Assembly: GCA_963701665.1 (NCBI GenBank)
Contig: OY969622.1
Location: forward strand, 736,001-800,000
From: Candidatus Babeliales bacterium
Lineage (GTDB): Bacteria; Babelota; Babeliae; Babelales; JANWKD01
Direction: 5' to 3'
DNA length: 64,000 nucleotides
Positions 59,983 to 64,000 of the stretch are shown here, in pieces. A program made the translations under genes and the position numbers. The stretch's first letter is position 1. Each line of letters begins with the position of its first letter. The notes beneath the pieces were generated by a model, which saw only the letters and a list, made by a program, of their open reading frames with translations, was not told the DNA's origin and searched no databases.

Positions 59983-60579
59983 ATGACTAAAATTAGCATT
60001 GAACTTATTCAACAATTACGCGATCGTACCGGCCTTGGCATGATGGATTGCAAAAAAGCACTTATTGAAGCTAATGGCGATCTAGAAAAGGCCGTAGAGC
60101 TTTTACGCAAAAAAGGTGCTTCAGTTGCTGCTAAACGTTCTGGTAACGTAACTGCTGAGGGTTTAGTTCATGCCTATATCCACCCAGGAAGCAAAGTCGG
60201 CGTATTATTAGAAGTTAATTGTGAAACCGATTTTGTCGCTAATACTGATACTATCAAGCAATTTGCTGCCGATGTCTGCCTTCACATTGCTGCTATGAAA
60301 CCTCTTTTTATTAATCCTGAAGATGTTGATGCTGCGCTCATTGAAAAAGAACGTGAAATTTTTAGAGCACAAATGGAAACTTCAGGAAAACCTGAAAAAA
60401 TTGTTGATCAAATTGTGCAAGGGAAAATAAACAAATTTTTTTCAGAAATTTGCCTCATGCAACAACCCTTCATAAAAAATGATAAGCTCACTATTGATGA
60501 ATACTTAAAAGAAACCGTCGGTAAATTGGGTGAAAATATCAAAATTAAACGTTTTGCGCGTTTTGAAGTTGGTCATTAA
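59983..60579 (+). CDS. tsf: Elongation factor Ts (short form; start MTKISIE at 59983)
   Basis: LRDRTGLGMMDCKKAL, EVNCETDFVA; RBS AGGAG. Confidence 0.97.
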   Translation: MTKISIELIQQLRDRTGLGMMDCKKALIEANGDLEKAVELLRKKGASVAAKRSGNVTAEGLVHAYIHPGSKVGVLLEVNCETDFVANTDTIKQFAADVCLHIAAMKPLFINPEDVDAALIEKEREIFRAQMETSGKPEKIVDQIVQGKINKFFSEICLMQQPFIKNDKLTIDEYLKETVGKLGENIKIKRFARFEVGH

Positions 60580-60587
60580 AGGTTATC

Positions 60588-61304
60588 ATGAAAGACTCTA
60601 TACCCAGCAAAAAGACTATTCTTTTAAAGCTTACGGGTGAAGTTTTTTTATCATCAACACGCACCTTGGACGCCTCTCTCATTAATTCCATAGCTCACCA
60701 AATCAAAGAGCTATCAGATCGGTATTACTTTGGTATTGTTATTGGCGGTGGCAATTTTTTTCGTGGCAACGTCCAAGGAAAAGCGCTGGGTTTATCTCCT
60801 TCAGTTGGTCACCAAATTGGTATGTTAGCCACCGTTATGAACGGTTTAATCATCAAAGATTTGTTCGAGCAACAAGGAGTGCAATCCGCCGTTTTTTGCG
60901 CATTACCTTCTTCTGAAATTGGTACCGCCATTTCGCAGCAAGCTATAAACAATGCCATTGAAAAAGGCACCTGTATCATTTTCACGGGCGGCACAGGAAA
61001 CCCTTTTTTCACCACGGACACCACAGCAGTGGTACGCGCGTTGCAAATGCAAGCTGATATGGTATGGAAAGCTACCCATGTCGAGGGCATTTATGATGCA
61101 GACCCTCGCCAAAAAGAAAACGCTCAACTATTGAAAACCATATCTTTCAAAGAAGTATTAGATAATAATTTAAAAATTATGGATTCAACTGCTTTCACCC
61201 TTGCGCGAGAACATCGTTTACCAATACGGGTATTTAATATTTTTCATGAAAATGCGTTATTAAAAGCAGCTGAATCATCTGATTTTGGCAGTATAATTCA
61301 GTGA
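60588..61304 (+). CDS. pyrH: Uridylate kinase
   Basis: LLKLTGE, GGGNFFRG, GTGNPFFTTD, IMDSTA. Confidence 0.95.
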   Translation: MKDSIPSKKTILLKLTGEVFLSSTRTLDASLINSIAHQIKELSDRYYFGIVIGGGNFFRGNVQGKALGLSPSVGHQIGMLATVMNGLIIKDLFEQQGVQSAVFCALPSSEIGTAISQQAINNAIEKGTCIIFTGGTGNPFFTTDTTAVVRALQMQADMVWKATHVEGIYDADPRQKENAQLLKTISFKEVLDNNLKIMDSTAFTLAREHRLPIRVFNIFHENALLKAAESSDFGSIIQ

Positions 61305-61323
61305 TTTTTCACAAAGGATTTAT

Positions 61324-61911
61324 ATGATAGATTTAAAACTTACCGATACAAATATAAAAGAATTTGAAAAAGCAGCGACTGGTGAAATGGATAAAGCTGT
61401 TAAACATTATGAACGAGAGCTTATAACCATTCGCACGGGAAGAGCACATCCCGCACTCGTTGAAGGCATCAAGTTCACCGCATATGGAACGAGCGTTCTA
61501 ACGATAAAAGAAGCAGCCTCGATTACTGTTCCTGAACCTCGCTTCATAGTAATTCAACCGTGGGATCAAAACACCATCCAAGATATTGAAAAAGCGCTTT
61601 CAACATCTGACGTAGGGTTAACGCCTGTTATTGACGGCAACATCATCCGCATTCGCTTGCCAGAAATGAGTACTGCACGTCGTGACGAGCTTGTAAAAAT
61701 TTTAAGTAAAAAAACAGAAGATTCACGCATCTCCGTACGCAATGTTCGTAAAGACTTTCATAATTTGATTCGTGATTCAGAAAAAAATAAATCGATCTCA
61801 GAAGATCATAGCAGAAGGCTCGCTGATACGTTACAAAAGATAACTGATAAATTTATTGGCACTATTGATCAGATGGCTCAGAAAAAAGAAAATGAGATTA
61901 AAACCGTATAA
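61324..61911 (+). CDS. frr: Ribosome recycling factor
   Basis: IRTGRA, IQPWD, VRNVR, ISED. Confidence 0.96.
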   Translation: MIDLKLTDTNIKEFEKAATGEMDKAVKHYERELITIRTGRAHPALVEGIKFTAYGTSVLTIKEAASITVPEPRFIVIQPWDQNTIQDIEKALSTSDVGLTPVIDGNIIRIRLPEMSTARRDELVKILSKKTEDSRISVRNVRKDFHNLIRDSEKNKSISEDHSRRLADTLQKITDKFIGTIDQMAQKKENEIKTV

Positions 61912-61986
61912 AACGCTTTTATTTCTTTCTTATTTTGTTAAACTTTGAAGAAGTAATTGAAGTATACGGTGGTATGCATATACAGA

Positions 61987-62062
61987 GGGCCGCTAGCTCA
62001 ATTGGTAGAGCGACAGACTCTTAATCTGCAGGTTATTGGTTCGATTCCAATGCGGCCCACCA
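61987..62062 (+). tRNA. tRNA-Lys(CTT)
   Basis: Cloverleaf GGGCCGC/GCGGCCC, anticodon loop CTCTTAA, T-arm ATTGG-TTCGATT-CCAAT, encoded CCA. Confidence 0.96.
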
Positions 62063-62066
62063 ATCT

Positions 62067-62381
62067 ACGCCTGCATGGGGAAAAACTTCGATGTGACGTT
62101 TGGCTACGATTGGCTACGCCATTTTCTTTACGGAGATGATAGCGTAGATTGCCCGTCGTAGCTTGCCAAGCCGGAAGGCGTGGATAAGCGAAGACTGGGC
62201 AGACGCCTGCATGGGGAAAAACTTCGATGTGACATTTGGCTACGATTGGCTACGCCATTTTCTTTACGGAGATGATAGCGTAGATTGCCCGTCGTAGCTT
62301 GCCAAGCCGGAAGGCGTGGATAAGCGAAGGCGGAAGCTCAATTTCTCTTCGAAGACATTCCATTGCAAGCGAAGACTGGGC
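62067..62381 (+). repeat. 136-bp-period tandem repeat of a REP-like structured element downstream of tRNA-Lys
   Basis: 62067-62193 matches 62203-62329 with one mismatch; AAGCGAAGACTGGGC recurs at 62367-62381. Confidence 0.92.
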
Positions 62382-62606
62382 GAACCTGCTCTATGAGAAT
62401 GACTGGCAAGCCAGTTTCTTAATGGATATGTATTAAAATTTGAAATATGCGAGGTAGAGATCACTTTTTGAATCATTAATCGTGATGGGTTGCGCACTTT
62501 TATAAAAGTAACTATATTGACATTACTGTACGTAGCAACGATGGATTGCTTATGTAAAAATTGTTAACGTGTGTGGCAAGCCTTCGTTCTTTGAAGAAAG
62601 TTACCT

Positions 62607-62693
62607 GCAAGAGTGGCGGAATTGGTAGACGCGCTGGACTTAGGATCCAGTTCCCGAAAGGGAGTGGGGGTTCGATTCCCTTCTCTTGCACCA
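62607..62693 (+). tRNA. tRNA-Leu(TAG)
   Basis: GCAAGAG/CTCTTGC acceptor stem, CTGGA-CTTAGGA-TCCAG anticodon arm, long variable arm, encoded CCA. Confidence 0.96.
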
Positions 62694-62711
62694 AAAAAAG
62701 GAGAACGTAGA

Positions 62712-64000
62712 ATGGCATTACCCAATCAAGGTCTACAATTCAAACTTCATCGTGATTTTCCACATCTCTATCGCGCGACCATTATTATCCCAGAGCTCAT
62801 TGTTAATGGTATTTATAATCAAGCAACACTCGCACATCGTAACATTGTGCACACGCATGGTTTTGCAAAAGGTGAGACACCACGCACCTACGTTGAAAAA
62901 AATTATCGCTCGAGCATTCTTGTCCATGTCAAAGAGTTTCTATTCAAATACCTTGTCATTGGTTTTTTATTTAACCAGATAAAACTGCAAAAAGTGGTCG
63001 TCGCTGGTGACCCTCGCTTGCTTGAAATTTCGATTGAACCAAATAAATCTGCTGAATTTGTGTTTGAACTTTCCATCGGCCCAACCATAAACTTAAAATC
63101 TTGGAAAAATATTGTTTTTAAGGCACCCAAGAGAAAAAATTACAAAGATATTGATCGACAAGTTGAAACATTCATTAAAGATGAACAAAATTTAATGAAA
63201 AAGTTTACCAATACTGCTATTCGCGTTGGCGATTGGGTATGTTTTGATATTCATATTCTTGGTGAAGATGCAACAGCAACTTTCAATGATTATCGTGAAA
63301 ATCTTTGGCTGCATATTGGCAATGAAGAAGCTGATGAGCCATTCCAATCACTTTTTATAGGAAAGAAAAAAGGTGATACATTCTGCACACGTCAGCAATG
63401 CCTACAGGAATATTTTAGTTCATCAATTGCAACTAACTATGAATTTTGCATCGAAGTAAAAGATGTCGTTCATAACTCTTATTTTTCGGTCGATCATTTG
63501 AAACATCATTTCCGACTAAAAACAAATAAAGATTTACAACAAAAACTTATTGAAGTTTTTTCGTACCGCAATGATTTATCACTACGGCGCGCAATTGTAG
63601 AAGAAGCACTCACCTTACTCATCAATAAACATGAATTTGATGTTCCCAATTATTTAGTATTGCGGGAACAACAGATCGTTCTTGAATCGGTGGTAACTAA
63701 TCCAGATTATTTAGTGTATAAAACACAACCCAATTTCAAAGATTACATTCACAAACTCGCGTTAAAACAAGCAAAAGAAACACTTATTATTGATCAATTA
63801 TGCTTTGAAGAAAATATAAGTGCATCAACTGAAGATATTAAAAGTTTGTTACATTTAACAAAAACACCAAGAACTAAAGAGTTTATTTACTTTAAATTGC
63901 CATCGACTAAACTTGAAGCACAAGAAGTGCCGGTTTCTGCGGCATTTTTTAAACAAAGTTGTTTACGCGAAAAAACATTGAATCATGTAATTTATCATTG
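62712..64000 (+). CDS. tig: Trigger factor (divergent; open to window end; absent from the ORF track)
   Basis: Manual translation: HGFAKGETP (TF signature GFRxGxxP), VGDWVCFD, FIGKKKGD, FDVPNYLV, LREKTL; follows tRNA-Leu as in tRNA-Leu-tig loci. Confidence 0.8.
   Translation, partial: MALPNQGLQFKLHRDFPHLYRATIIIPELIVNGIYNQATLAHRNIVHTHGFAKGETPRTYVEKNYRSSILVHVKEFLFKYLVIGFLFNQIKLQKVVVAGDPRLLEISIEPNKSAEFVFELSIGPTINLKSWKNIVFKAPKRKNYKDIDRQVETFIKDEQNLMKKFTNTAIRVGDWVCFDIHILGEDATATFNDYRENLWLHIGNEEADEPFQSLFIGKKKGDTFCTRQQCLQEYFSSSIATNYEFCIEVKDVVHNSYFSVDHLKHHFRLKTNKDLQQKLIEVFSYRNDLSLRRAIVEEALTLLINKHEFDVPNYLVLREQQIVLESVVTNPDYLVYKTQPNFKDYIHKLALKQAKETLIIDQLCFEENISASTEDIKSLLHLTKTPRTKEFIYFKLPSTKLEAQEVPVSAAFFKQSCLREKTLNHVIYH

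Noticed and set aside
62067..62381. CRISPR array
   Set aside because: Units are long near-identical tandem copies without unique spacers, and no cas genes are in the window.
61957..63130. Short ORFs overlapping the tRNAs, the repeat and tig
   Set aside because: Explained by the RNA genes, the repeat or alternative frames of tig.

Overview
AT-rich bacterial chromosomal segment with about 65 genes. It carries housekeeping genes (rny, zapA, rplT-rpmI-infC, recA, miaA, carD, dnaK, acpP, gltX, plsX, rpmF, dprA, gyrA, lepA, grpE, ssb, pgsA, mnmA, argS, tsf-pyrH-frr, tig) and tRNA-Lys(CTT) and tRNA-Leu(TAG). These are interleaved with signal-peptide-bearing orphan, ankyrin, M48-peptidase and beta-barrel-like genes. 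The mix suggests a host-dependent intracellular bacterium, most likely Candidatus Dependentiae/TM6 (inference). The top candidate for a new system is at 19.6-21.8 kb (minus strand): a sigma70 promoter, an unannotated 32-codon Met-rich leader ORF overlapping alternative terminator/antiterminator hairpins, a DUF62 SAM hydrolase and a chlamydial-type DMT carrier. Together these look like a methionine-controlled host-SAM scavenging module. Other highlights: gyrA split by a +1 frameshift at a hairpin; a SnoaL/NTF2 gene bracketed by 76-bp copies of the argS promoter/leader; FabD and VanX homologues lacking catalytic residues; a LepA with mitochondrial GUF1-type signatures; a ~170-nt structured RNA candidate upstream of dnaK; three copies of an RPE-like palindromic element; a 136-bp tandem repeat after tRNA-Lys; and BC-box-like effector candidates. 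No CRISPR array, rRNA, transposase or prophage was seen.
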